Shown: positions 49,193 to 61,819 of the stretch, piece by piece
How positions within the stretch are numbered: position 1 is the stretch's first letter
How the letters are laid out: the number at the start of each line of letters is the position of its first letter
Assembly: GCA_002633005.1 (NCBI GenBank)
Contig: NMRA01000413.1
Coordinates: forward strand, 51,251-115,250
Direction of reading: 5' to 3'
Origin: Phoronis australis
Lineage: Eukaryota > Animalia > Phoronida
DNA length: 64,000 bases
Program-made: the position numbers and the translations under genes
The notes under the pieces: model-generated
What the model was told of the DNA's origin: nothing
The model's input: only the letters and a program-made list of their open reading frames with translations
The model's database searches: none

Positions 49193-49532
49193 ACTCTATG
49201 CAGTTATATACTGCTAGTTTGTTGTTCCCATGGTTCAAAGGAGATAAGGAGTGGGCATGGAATGTCTGATAGGATAACATCTGTGCTTCACTCGATGTCC
49301 TTTGCAACTGTACAGTGCTTGAAGTGCCGTCCTGGTCATCACTACCAAATATACCATTACAAGGTGAGAAGTGGTTAGCCCAACACGCCAGAGGGGTGTG
49401 CATCTCAACCTGTGTGCATGCCATTCATGTCTGTCAAGGCTGATTGTCAGCCACTGCCAAACAGATAAAGCTGTTGGATTATCAAGAAATTAATGAGTGC
49501 TCCGGGCTTATGATCCAGGACATTATTGCCAC

Positions 49533-49777
49533 CAGGGCTTGGAATTTTCCTCTTTTAAGAGGATTTCCTCTTCTTTGATTTTGATTTCCTCTTATTTGAC
49601 TTCCAATTTTCTTTTTTCTCTTTTTATCATTATTTTGACCTAACTCGTGCAAAAGCGTTTTGGGTCAAAAGTTTTGCAACACAAAAATATTCTATCACAC
49701 AAGCCTATTTGTTTGTGGAATGGATACATTACCCGGAAAAGTTTCCTCTTTTATGTCATTGGTCATTCCAAGCCCTG
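49533..49777. mobile_element. hAT-like MITE in the putative SLC6 3'UTR
   Basis: Perfect 13-bp TIR CAGGGCTTGGAAT / ATTCCAAGCCCTG; internal TTTCCTCTT repeats; TSD not evident. Confidence 0.75.
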
Positions 49778-51536
49778 TGACCCCTGTGTTATAGTTGCTT
49801 CATAAAAAAGTCATTTGTCACTTCATTTGCCATTCGAGGTTTGAAAGTAGATTTTTATGCTGTAGTAGCGCTTTAGACGCTCAACCTGGACTTGAAAGTT
49901 AAATCTAGTGTTAGGACTTAACTTGTGTTTTATGCTTCTGTTGACCCATAGTTAGTTTGCTGTTCCATCATAGTGTCTTACATCACTGTCACTGTATCAT
50001 CTCGAGTCATACATCCATCACCATGGTTTGTTGATCTGTACATATATATAGTGTAAGTATTGTTGTTAGGTTTTGTGTATTTTGAACAAATAGTAGTTGT
50101 ATATGTTGGCAAACATTTTAAATTTGATACAAAAGCACATAATTCTATTTAATGTAGAGTTAAATTGAGTGCTATAACTGAAGGTTTTAGTGCCTTTTTA
50201 AATTATACTAAGTTAGACAATTTTAATCAACAAAAACAAGTTGTGGCTTCTTGCATGCAGTTTACATTCACCTCATTTTCTGTTTGCTCCTGAAATGTTT
50301 TGTTATTGCCTTTTCATTCCTCAAAGTAGCTGCCTTCTCAACATTGATTCCAAAATCGACCTATTATTTTGTATAATAATGGCACTTTAAAGTCTTGATC
50401 AGTGGACAGTTTTTCAGCGCGAATGAATTAAAAATGGAGCTGATAAATTTTTTGAACCATTCTTCAAACACAATCTTACAAATTCACAATGTTATCAATT
50501 TTAGTTCATAAACCTCATTCATCCAGCATTTACCAGATGCAGGTGCTCCCAAACTAAATATTGAGTACATGTATATATGAGTGCCTGAAAAATTAATCAG
50601 CAAAAATAGATTCCGAATATGTCCATTAATAGTAAATACTCAGTTGTCCCTTTTTTCAAAGTGAGCCCTGGTTTTTGTTGAACCGTAGGAATGAACATTG
50701 AACCTTGGAGTTGCAGCGATTGCTATAATCTAGTTGGTCAGTCTCTGTGGTTAACCCGGCCTGCCAAGGTCTCTAGTACTGGTTATAGCCTGCTTTGTGT
50801 AATAGCTGTTCTACTACAGAACTCAGCCTTTCAAGTTCTGTTCACCATGTTGGACTGTCCTTATTGCTCAATTGTGTATTGTTTGTGCATAGTAGCTGCA
50901 TATTTCATATGTATTTATATCCATGTGAAGACAATTTAAAACAATTCCTGTACCTTAGCCAGGGTTAGGGTGAAGTTAAGAATTCGTCCTCAGTGTACTT
51001 GTGCCCATGGAGTGACCTTTTGTCCAGCAATTCCCACTTGCTGTGGTGTATGGAGGTCTTTGCTGTGGTTGCAAGTATGAGAGGTTGTAACCAAATTTTA
51101 GTGACAATTTTGAGACATAGTAGAAACCTTTCTCTTTTTGGCTGAAACCCTCTGACAATAATAGTACACACAAAAAGATTTATGTCAGTGCCAGGTCCTA
51201 TAGAGGATTTACAAAATTTGAGAATTTGTGTTTCGGCCAATAATACCCCCAGTCCTAGGTCTTCTTTTTTAGTGTTTTGAAATACCGTAGTCCCTGATCC
51301 GTGAGTGGAGGTTCATTACTCTAACATGTGCTAGTCATTTCCAAAAGTCTGATATCCAAATGCAGAAATGTTAACTGAGCGTCAATTGAATACCACAAGT
51401 CAAAAAGCCTGGCCTGTTTCTTTCAACACTTACGTCCCACAATGCTCTCAAATGTGAATTATGTATCTAAAATGTTGCTTTTGTTACTCACGGACTGAAT
51501 CTGTGAATATTGTTTACTGTTAATTGATAATGGTCA

Positions 51537-51542
51537 AATAAA
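51537..51542 (+). terminator. Candidate polyadenylation signal of the SLC6 gene (3'UTR about 2.35 kb)
   Basis: AATAAA followed about 20 nt later by T/GT-rich TTTCTTGTGTTT; sequence composition changes beyond it. Confidence 0.5.
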
Positions 51543-54500
51543 CATTTGCTCATTTCCATTTCTTGTGTTTATAATCACATTACAACAAGTTAAAACTTTT
51601 AGCCAACGCTGCAGGTGTGCAGGGATATGCCTCAAAGGTCATTTATCAACGGTTATATACAACATATTTGTAGACTGAGGTTATTGTTTAATGGATGCAA
51701 TTTTCAATAGGTTTAATGGGAACATAGACCAAATCTCAACACTTCTCACAAACCTATGAGATTTTTTCTTGTTTCGTCGTGGAAAATAGGCGCAACTAAA
51801 TTGACGGTCAGCCATCTTCAAGTTCTATACCACAAGTTCTCTACCGAAGCAACCAATGGGCATTTTTTAAAAAAAAATTAGCGTTCGCAACAATGTTAAA
51901 AGCCATCTTCAGTTAAGTGAAAAATAACAATTTTGTCAATTCTTTGTATTCGTACCTGATGAACTAGGAATACGCCAGTGCGTCTCTCCCCCCCCCCTTT
52001 GGAAGCTGAACTGCTCGCTGCAGGAGTGCGACGCATTAGACATGAAACTGGCAAGTTACACGTCGTCAAACTCACAAATGCCAACTATTGATCGTGTTAT
52101 GATACGCGTATTTATGTGGAATTCTTCATGGGAGCAAACGATGACGGCCATTGAATTAACAACCCAGACACAACCAGTTAGGTATTGGCACTACATGTAG
52201 CAGCTTCATCACAAGTCAATCCATATTGTGATGTAATAAAACATACTAAATGCGGCTCGTTTCTTTTCAGTCAAAAATCTTCTCAACTAAAATCCTGCGC
52301 ACAGTAATAGTTCGACGACAGTTATTGTTAAACAAGATAAAAATATTACATGGCGTTCTTAATCCATGCCTGTCTCCAACATTTTTAGAAGCAAACAGAA
52401 ATACATGTAGTCAAGGTGTTCATTTTATATTTAACGATTTCAATTCTCAGTTTGCCATAAGCATATCGGTTGTATCAACACAGCCCGTTTGACAATTACG
52501 TGTACTGTGTATCCTGTTTTTGCTTTATTCTCAAATGTACATACTCCTAGAGAGAAAAGTCTACTGTGAAGACTGTAAGGCAAAGTAATAAAACCTATCG
52601 AAAGCAAAAAAGTCTTTCCATTCTTCTTAGTGCTGTTAGCTTGGAAGACAACTGTGCAATCACATACATTTTCTAACTTGCATATTTCCACTTCATTTTT
52701 AATTAAAAACTTTATAACGCGAATTGTAATCAAAATCAATATAGACAGGTCAGAGAGATTATTCCCGAATGATGCTCGTTTCAAATTAATAACTCATTTT
52801 ATTCGACAAATTATGCAGACTTTAAATATCGAATTTTCCAATGTCTGGCGATGCACCAACAAAATCGCCACCGGAAATATTCAAGTGTTTTACCGTTATT
52901 TACAAAGCTTCTGGAGGCCTATAAGCAAAATTATGCATTAAGCGTTTTGGGAACTTATGAACATATACCATTTTTTCTTAAGTAAGGCAAGTCGCTTTTT
53001 TGTGTTTTCTGTCAATCAGACACGATTTAAAAAGAAGTATATCAAAGCTAATAAATTACTGGTTGTTGAAAACAGCACGTGTTGTAGAGTTTAGAATAAC
53101 GAGCATGATCGTTATAAACGCTTTGTGAGATTTTCATGTATTAAGTGAACGTTTGAACGTTAGCCGGTCCACCGAATCCAATGTTCCAGTTTTACATGTA
53201 GTCATTTTCCAGTCATCATCATACCCGACAGCCTCTTCCAAAAGCACACTCGCACTAGTTATTGGTTTAATTATAGAAATATGCTTCCAAAGCCCTCTAT
53301 CTGAAAACATCCTAATTTAAGGAAGAAGTTCACACTGTATTCTTTTGGAGAAAATCGTGGTTTATCGTTGAATGAAAAGACTGCCATGAATGAATAGCGG
53401 ATTCCTGTCGCAAATATCCCGCCTCCAGCGTCTCTGATTTATAAATCAAAATTGCTTCCAGCTTTGGACACATTTCTTTCTTGCGTTAATTTAGTATCAC
53501 TCTGAATACTGACTGAAAATATGACTAATCTGACTAACGTTATTTCGCTAAGTCTTGCTAGTCACACCTTCGGGGATCCACGCACGCACGAGACGAACTT
53601 GTTTTTTTTGCACTAACAGGCGGTGTTAACCGCAATGGAAAATTCCACGAGTGATGACTGGCGTTCACAATTCCATTTACTGTTATTTATTGTCCGATAT
53701 TCAAACAAAATGTCGTTAAGTACAGGCATTAAATCAGGTAAGTATAGTAAACACCCGGATGTTAACTTCTTGAGATGAAGTGACTGTATACCTGTCAGGA
53801 CCAGCCGTACGGCTTTAAAAATTAAACAGGCGTTGGTATAAAAAGAATAGCGATATTTCGTCAGGTATGATATGACACCAGACCTTTCACAAAATTATAA
53901 ATAAGGGCACGTATATGGTGTGCTACTGTGGCGAAGAAAAATCGTCAAACTGCCGTCTCATACCAACTGTTTACAGTGTCCCAGTAAATATAAGTCTGAA
54001 TGAGTCTGCAAGAATTCAAAAGCTTGTGTTGTCGACATTTATGATGTCGCTAGGAACCATTTGACGGAGATTGGGATGATATTGGTTCGTAAAAATTAAT
54101 GGGGGGAGTACAAAAAGCCTTTAAACGGCAAGTGCTGACCCCGCGAGGCCGGCCAAAATTCCTAAGTTACACTCCCGGCGGTCTAAGTTAGATATTAGTG
54201 CCTCAAACTGACTGTGGAATCATTCCTCCCAGAGTGATGCATACTAAGCCCAGTCATCGAGGTAAGCCCGGATGAGTAAGCGTCATCTGGTTGATTTAGC
54301 TCTGCTCAGTCAGCTCCCCTAGAAAACAGCACTATTGTCTGTTTCGTTTGCTTTACATGCATCCGCAAGCTCATTCGTAGTCAGTGTCACTGAAAACGCC
54401 AGCTTACAAAATTTGACAACGACCCCATTGTGCTCCCGGAAAGACATTGTCACTCCTTTTGTAAAGTTTGGCCTTATAAAATTTCCACTTATCACAAAGG

Positions 54501-55099
54501 TCGCAAGTTTCGTCTGGAGAAAAAAGACAATGAGAGGTTAAGTGGAGAAAAAATCGAGTTGCTACAAAAATAGCTATCAAGGACTTCAGCACGAATGGAA
54601 AATCACTTCATGGGGAAAAATCACTTTTGCATAGCTCAAGTGACATTTTGTAGTTACGAGAGTTCGATATGTTGAGTAATCATGAGTATGTGACCGACAC
54701 ACACGCAACACAAACTAGACGATCAATAGCATTCTGCTTCTTCTATGTCAGTGCATTACTCAGCTCAGTAATTAGGTGCGGCAGCCACTGACCTTCCTGT
54801 GCGACTGGGAATTTTCCATAAAATCCATCACGAGTGGCAGCTATGGAATATTACACAATAATGTTGTTGAACAGAAGGAATTTTCAATACGCTGCTTTGC
54901 GTGAGGTATCTCAAATTGAAGACCTCTGGTGAGCAAAACAGCATCCAAAAAACTTGAGTTCGTCAATACAAAATGATAGGCCAAAGCGCCATCTATTAGG
55001 CATGTACCCATCGCATTGAGGCAACAAACATGTTTAGGATGATAAATTACCAATTTTAACAAAAGTTATGCATGCACCAAACGAATTTAAACTATTGTA

Positions 55100-55520
55100 C
55101 CGGTAATGCTGTTAGTGAGGTATTTCAATTTATTGTCTTGGATGACATACCAGGGACTTCATTCATACTTAGTTTAATCAACTTATTTTAAAAAAATGCT
55201 CTATATGTTTAACAGTGTAACGAAAGAACTGATCAGTGCATACGAACTTTTGAACAGCAGTAGTTTTCATGCTTTGTGGATGCTAGCAAGGTATTTGACC
55301 AAGTAAATGATTGTATAACACAATTCGTTTGGCTAGAGGTTAGAATCTTAATCGTCTGGTATTCTGAATAACACTTCTGCTTACCACGGCAATACGTTTT
55401 TAAAATTCTTTTAATTTACAAATGACGTAATTCAAGGTGGTTCATTGCCGTCCCTACCTTTCCAGTGTCTACATGGATGGACTTAGCTCTGTTTTGAATG
55501 ACGAAATGGACTGTGTAATA
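55100..55520 (+). pseudogene. Degraded non-LTR retrotransposon reverse-transcriptase fragment
   Basis: 55270-55308 reads CFVDASKVFDQVN (consensus CFLDASKAFDRVN). 55421-55499 reads NDVIQGGSL / PYLSSVYMDGLSSVLN across a frameshift (consensus NGVRQGGxLSPxLFxVYMDxL). Stops and deletions are present. Confidence 0.8.
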
Positions 55521-57636
55521 CAAATTTTATATTGCTTGCTTGAGTTAGATTTATGTTTATATTAGTAGGGCCAGTTAACTGGAGTTACATTTGTTGGATC
55601 TTATATTTTAGCATTAATTTTTATGCTCAACTGTTTTTATCAGTGCCATATTGTTACATGTACTAAAAGTGTGACTGTAATAACTTTGATCACATCAGAT
55701 ATCATATATTAGATCACATGGTTATGACATCATGTTGACAAATAGAGGCCTGTTCGCAAAAGAAATTGCGAGGTAGCCCATCCTAATGAATGATGGAGTT
55801 TTCACTGCGACTGCTGATCACTCCGTAATAGTCCTGACCACAACAAATAACTGTTCGTTATATTTTAATCTACAAATAACTTAAGCTTCAACTCGCAATC
55901 CGATTACCGACTGCCTGTGGTTTAGGGCTGAAGATTTCTTTACGCGCTAATTTCATTGGTCACGTGTTGGGGTGGGGGAGGGTATTTGCATGTAACTATC
56001 TCGAAAGGGTGTCAAAATTACCTTTACTGAAGTCAACAAAATGTTTTTTTTTCTTAATGCACATCACTTGTAAGAGGTTGGATGAATTGATGCCAATTTT
56101 AATCTTAAAAGATGCATATCGCTACGTCATAAGACAGTGTCCGAAACTGCACTGGAATACCATTACCAAGTGATCTCATTGGAAGAACTTAATAAAAATT
56201 TAGCAACACGAAGCTGCTATGGTCAACCTGACTTATCTCCCTTGATTTTACTGTTATAAAATTGGTCTCAAATTGTTCCTTACTCAGATTAGAAATGTTT
56301 TGGACTGGACAAGACTGAACGTACAGTAGTTGAGGTTATACATGTATATATTCAGCACATGAATGACTACGTAGCGTAGGCTCGAGTAGAAACAAATGGT
56401 CAGCACAGAAATCTTATCTGTTCAACAATGAGTGAGACAAGGGACATGTTTCACTAAAATTTCTCAACTTTACGGCGTTTCTTCACACAGTCTAAACTGA
56501 GACTCCCAACCAGTCGTAAGTTAATGTACATGTAGATTCAATTCAGTGAAAACAACCAGCCAAGTTAGAATATTTCAGTGAAGTAGGTCCGTTTCAAAGC
56601 GGTAAGTGGTCTAAAGGTGTTTTGAAGAAGGCTGAGTTCATTACTGTCTGCCTCAAACATTTTAGCAAGCGATCCCAAGTGTTCGTACATGGCAACATTC
56701 CGTAATAAACGAGTAATAGTCTTTGGAATTCCGCTGCAAACTAAACACGAGAATGAGTTTACAAGACCAATCACCTAAAAGCCGGAAACCCGTCAGCGGA
56801 AGAATGTGTCATTCTAAAATGAGACCATAATGTGAGATGCCGTACGCATCGGATCATTGACTTCTATCTGTTTTTTTCTCATCACGTATCACCGTTTAAG
56901 CATATGGAGCCACGGCTAGTGCACAAACACGAACTCCTTTTTCATTTATTCAGTTATTGATCAGTAAACTACGGAAACAAATAACCGTCCTTTGACGATC
57001 TGTCCTTAGGACACTACCGCCACCTTTTTGTGAAGGATGTGCTGGCCGATGGGATAACCCGGCGCCATTTTAGAGAATCAGTACAAAATGACTGAAAAAC
57101 TGGAATCATAGTTTTTGAACGATATATCTTGTTTGCATCACGCATGTAAGTAGTACTGGGGAATCTATGTAGTCAAATTCTTTATATTTCGCACCGTTGC
57201 ATTGATCGAAATTCGTATATCTTTCTTCCAATAAGGCAAAAGACTTCGAGAGTGTGTCTTCTTTCAAAATTCAATATATGTAACTGAACTCTTCTTGAAA
57301 TGGTAACATCGGCAATATCAACGAAATGCCCCTTTAAGTACTGTGCGAAAGTGAACAAACTGAAATGACAACTGCAAGTCACGGAACGATCGAAAACATT
57401 GCTTTCCTGAATGGACTGAACTTTGATTTTCAACAAAATTCTCAACCCACTCTCTTATAGTGGTAATAGTTTTGGAGTATTTCTAGAAAGAATGTCAGTG
57501 TTTTTGCGGGTTCTTTAGGCAAACTTGGCACTGGAGATTAGTTGCTTTATTAGAGTGAGTCAGCCTATGCGGTCATTCAGGTCAGTGACCGTGGGCACTG
57601 TGGACATCAGTTGAGGCCATATGAGGGATTCTTTAA

Positions 57637-58200
57637 AGGGGAAGGCAACCTTTTTCATGTCAATTTAGTAAAACTACGGTTCGTTGATTATCCCAAACAT
57701 AGCCATGTTTCATTAATTACTGCTCCCCGTAATTTTATTAATTAGTCGTGCGATCCGGAAGCGACATGGGGTTAAGAATTTCCAGCGTGCGTTCGAGATT
57801 ACTGTGAGGATCTGTTTTACTGTTTTTGTGCTGGTTTTCTAAAATTGTCGTCACCACTTCCCATCGACGAGTATTCTACAACAAGCGCCGGAGCCAAGTA
57901 CGACGGAGAGTGTCATCTTTCAGAAAGCGGTGTGCTGACATAACCAAAGTACGCGAGAGACGAAAATGAGTACACCTCTGTATGCAGCAACCGTGCGGCA
58001 TGATGACTGACTCGTAAACAAACGCAAATGACTACCGAACTTATCACAACCGCGGAGGTAAAACAAGTATAGGCTAGCTCACACAGGCAGACTACGTGAA
58101 AACAAAATGGCGGGACTTTGTTAACCCCTTAAACGCCACTTTTAGAGTAAGGCACGACTAATTTACAAAATTACGGGAAGCCGTTACAACACAAAAAATA
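57637..58200. mobile_element. Kolobok-like non-autonomous element (right end not resolved)
   Basis: TTAA|AGGGGAAGG start; inverted pair CCCGTAATTTTATTAATTAGTCGTGC (57726-57751) / GCACGACTAATTTACAAAATTACGGG (58152-58177). Confidence 0.55.
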
Positions 58201-58569
58201 AACATGCCAGTTTTAGAGGGCGCATGCACCCCCGCGTGACATGACTGCAGATGGTGCAGTAGTTCTAGATCTCATACACTAAAGTTTGTTTCAACTGAAA
58301 ATTTTCAGAGCTGTAGCTTGGGAGTTCGAGTTACTTTACAGGATCCTTCACTTGACACCCTATCATGGAAGTCTGTGGTTGTATGAGGACTCGGTTCCGT
58401 GATACAACGCCACACATTAGCGCCACCATTTGGTAGTCATGGAAATAACTTTAGTAGACACCCTCAAGGAACACAATCCTGCCAAAATTTTGTACATCAA
58501 AACGCATTGGTAGGCATGGGTGTGCTATTCTATCGCTATGACAAGTCGAATGTACAAGGTTCGTAAGAG

Positions 58570-58792
58570 CCTTGTCGAACGAGCCCCCCAATTTGGCGAA
58601 TTGGGCAAAAAAACGGGTCCTGCTCAGAAAAACAAAAAGTCCGAGTAAACGAGACAAAAGTCCATAGGAATTGGGCGCAGATGCAGAAGTCGTGGGCCTT
58701 TTTTTAGTCCTCATAGATTTTCTTCCGTAAAAGGCCACGTCCGCATAAGGAGAGATTCGAGCCCCCTATATTTTAGGGTGGGTGCGCGCATG
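58570..58792 (-). mobile_element. Inverted relative of the 29400-29669 MITE
   Basis: Ends GGGTGCGCGCATG; shares CGAACGAGCCCCCC..TGGCGAA..AAAAGTCC blocks. Confidence 0.7.
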
Positions 58793-58882
58793 CCTATAGA
58801 GCTCCGACCAAAAACATCAGCACTATCAGCGAAAAAGGTACAGATCGAGTTCAGGGTTTGGCCAATCCTAATATTTCATATT

Positions 58883-60062
58883 CGGAAATGGCGCATGTCA
58901 GTAGACTATGCTCTGCCTATGAACGCCAGAAATTTGTAACATGCACTACTGCGCATGCGCTAAATCTTGCCTGCAGCCCTCCATAAGAAATACACAAGAG
59001 CAGGCAAAAATCAGGAATTTATAAGCAAGGGGAGATAACTACACAATTTGCCGATAGCCTGTCACATAGAGTGTATGTTAAGACATGTTACCGTCAAATA
59101 TCAGCGCCAATGGTGAAAATTTTTCCACGTCTCTTGAAATTTGAAGGTTACCCCGTTCAGGCCTATGTTAACGATCGTCCGGAAGCCACTATTTGAGCGC
59201 ATAGCTCATTTTGAAGTCAAGTTTGTGGCTGAATTCATTTTGCCATCGGATTTGCCGATAGCCTGGGTGACTACCAGGAGTACTCAGAGGTTGCTGATCC
59301 AAATTTCATGTTGTTTCTCGAAAATTTTTCCACGTCTCTTGTGTTCAGAAAATGGATCGACGTACAGTGCTGTCAGTGAGATGAAATGTTGCCGATCGCC
59401 TGGCTGTCGACTCTTTGCAATGGAATTTGCACTCTGTAGATGAGCGATTAGCGTAGAATCGGTTAGAAACGGATTTGTTCATTTTCTCATCCGGTATGAG
59501 TTTAGAAATACTTTCGAAGTCGGATTTTATACACTGGCAGTCATTATGCGAGTAGGCCTATATAGTTGATATACTAGTAATCTTCAAAATGTTATTTCGT
59601 CCACGGTACGTTGTCCTTCGTCTTAATTCAGTAACTGTTACATTGGAGTGGATTCCGGACACAAATATGTATTGACAAACATCAGAAGATTAATAAAAAG
59701 CGCTTTTAGCAGCCCGTTTAAACCAATTGCAAGCACGCAGGTGGCTGGCTGGCGTTCAGTTCACATTTGTTGTGGTTATGTTGATAGCTGTGTCTGTGAC
59801 CCCAATCACCCAGCTAGCACTGTCATACTGTAGACCCAGACATTCCAAATGCTGTTATTGTAAACTTGATAAGTATTGCTCTGCAGACTGCATTCCGACT
59901 TCGGCTCCGGTACTAGTGCCCAAGCTTCATGACCTTTAACCTTACTATGCGTTGTTATGATTGGTTAGGGACATGGCGCTAAGCGTCACCTAGCGGATCA
60001 AGAATGTTACAAATTTCTGGCGCGGAAATGGCGCATGTCAGTAGACTATGCTCTGCCTATGA
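58883..60062 (+). mobile_element. Unclassified element: perfect 19-bp inverted repeats flanked by identical 40-bp direct repeats
   Basis: Direct repeat at 58883-58922 and 60023-60062; inverted repeat CGCCAGAAATTTGTAACAT (58924-58942) / ATGTTACAAATTTCTGGCG (60004-60022); internal ~205-bp tandem dimer. Confidence 0.8.
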
Positions 60063-61819
60063 CTCACCCGGCAATGAGATCGGGTGCGAGCATGGCAATG
60101 TTTTAGTTTTAAATTCCGGCTCAAAACACTTTCGATTAGCGAATTCAAAATTGGCAGCGTCTTCGGGTTCTTATTCTCAATTCTTTCGTTGGGAATTCCC
60201 CCTTGGATGGCCAGCTGCCTTAACAACCGTGACCGGAACTAGCATGAAGCTAAGACAATGAACTTCAATGGGCCCTGACGTAACAATTGCCCGTCTCTAG
60301 AGACCGTTTTGGAATTCGAGTAAACAACATGACGAGACAAATTTTATAACAGTGTTAATCGACGTAAACTAAAAATTGTAGTTAGTTGACAGCAGAAGGC
60401 AACTAGGTTTTAGTCCGCCTACTCCTTCAACCAATTCTCGTTCTCGTCAACTGCATCACTGGCGTCGATTTTTAAAGATAAAAAGCAAGAATAAAATCTC
60501 ACACCCCTTACCTCACAACTAATTGAACGTTGGTGAGTGGTCTTTTCTCCGGCAAGTCAATTCAGAATTGGAGTGTTGTCGCCTGTTCACTGCGTGCCAC
60601 ACGTACTATGCTTAGGAAGGATTCTGATTAAAATGATGAAATACATAATAATACAGATAACCCCTGACGAACTAACCACAACTCGGATCTTGCGGCGAAC
60701 CTTGGATAACCAAACCTCTAGTGGTTTGCTCTACAGAAATTTGTCCAGCAAACAACAAAGTCTACACGCTTAAGGCGAAGAGGTGCGAAACTGACGACAA
60801 TGATGGAAGGAGGGCTAGAGTGATTGCGATCACTTAGGTACCACGGAAGCAAGTTTGTGAAGTCGACTTTAATAGTTACCTTCCTGATAAGGCGACTCAC
60901 GGGGTGGGGGGAGGCGTAGGTAAAAACCGTTGACAGGAGTATATAACTGGTGCCGGCTGGGGTGGAGGGTTGTAAAACTGGTGTTGTTCTCGCGAAGAAA
61001 ATGGGTGGTGGCGGGGACGAAACTGGAACTTGGGAGGGTAGTTGTTTACCCCCTTCCCCACAAAAGCAAACCTTCCTACGCCCGTGGTGCTGCGACACTG
61101 TGCCCTTAGAAACAGCTCTCAACTAAACATTTCTACTCTGCCCAATAACCAGTCGCGTGTGCATGTAAACAAAGAAAAAACTTTAAATACCATTCAAATG
61201 TAATGTATTTCACAAATCGATGAATATTTCGGATTAACACTGATCACTTCATCAGTTTAGTTAGATACATATAGTCACATCAAGGGGCTGAGAAACTGAC
61301 AAAGACTGTCTCCCTACTGGGTGCTCAGCAACATAAGACACATCTGGCGCCGGATAGAAAAAGCTTATATTAATTAAAAGCAACTTGTCTTGTCACCTAA
61401 TGCCAATCGGCATCAAAGCGCATCAAGACGAAACAACGAAGACATTAGTAACTAAAGATGACAGGCTCGCAAAACCACTGCAGATCGTAACTGTCACTGA
61501 TCCAGTGACCGAAAGGCTCAGTTAGGGAGATACAGATGCCAAATCAACACAAAATCCCCGACACCCTCACGCCATTTTGAACCCTAGCGGAAGTTCTGAC
61601 AGCTACATATCTGCACTCGGCCACAAAGTTACAAAGAGGTATACAATATTCTACCTCTCAAAGTCCAACCTTCATGATACCAATTAACAAAATTAATTAG
61701 AGCCAAAACATAAAAATCACCTTCCATAACTGACGCTGAAGCTACTACAATAACAGTATCCTATACACTGAAACTATTTGGCAAATTTCATCAACACTAA
61801 AATTGAGCAAGCAAGGCTA

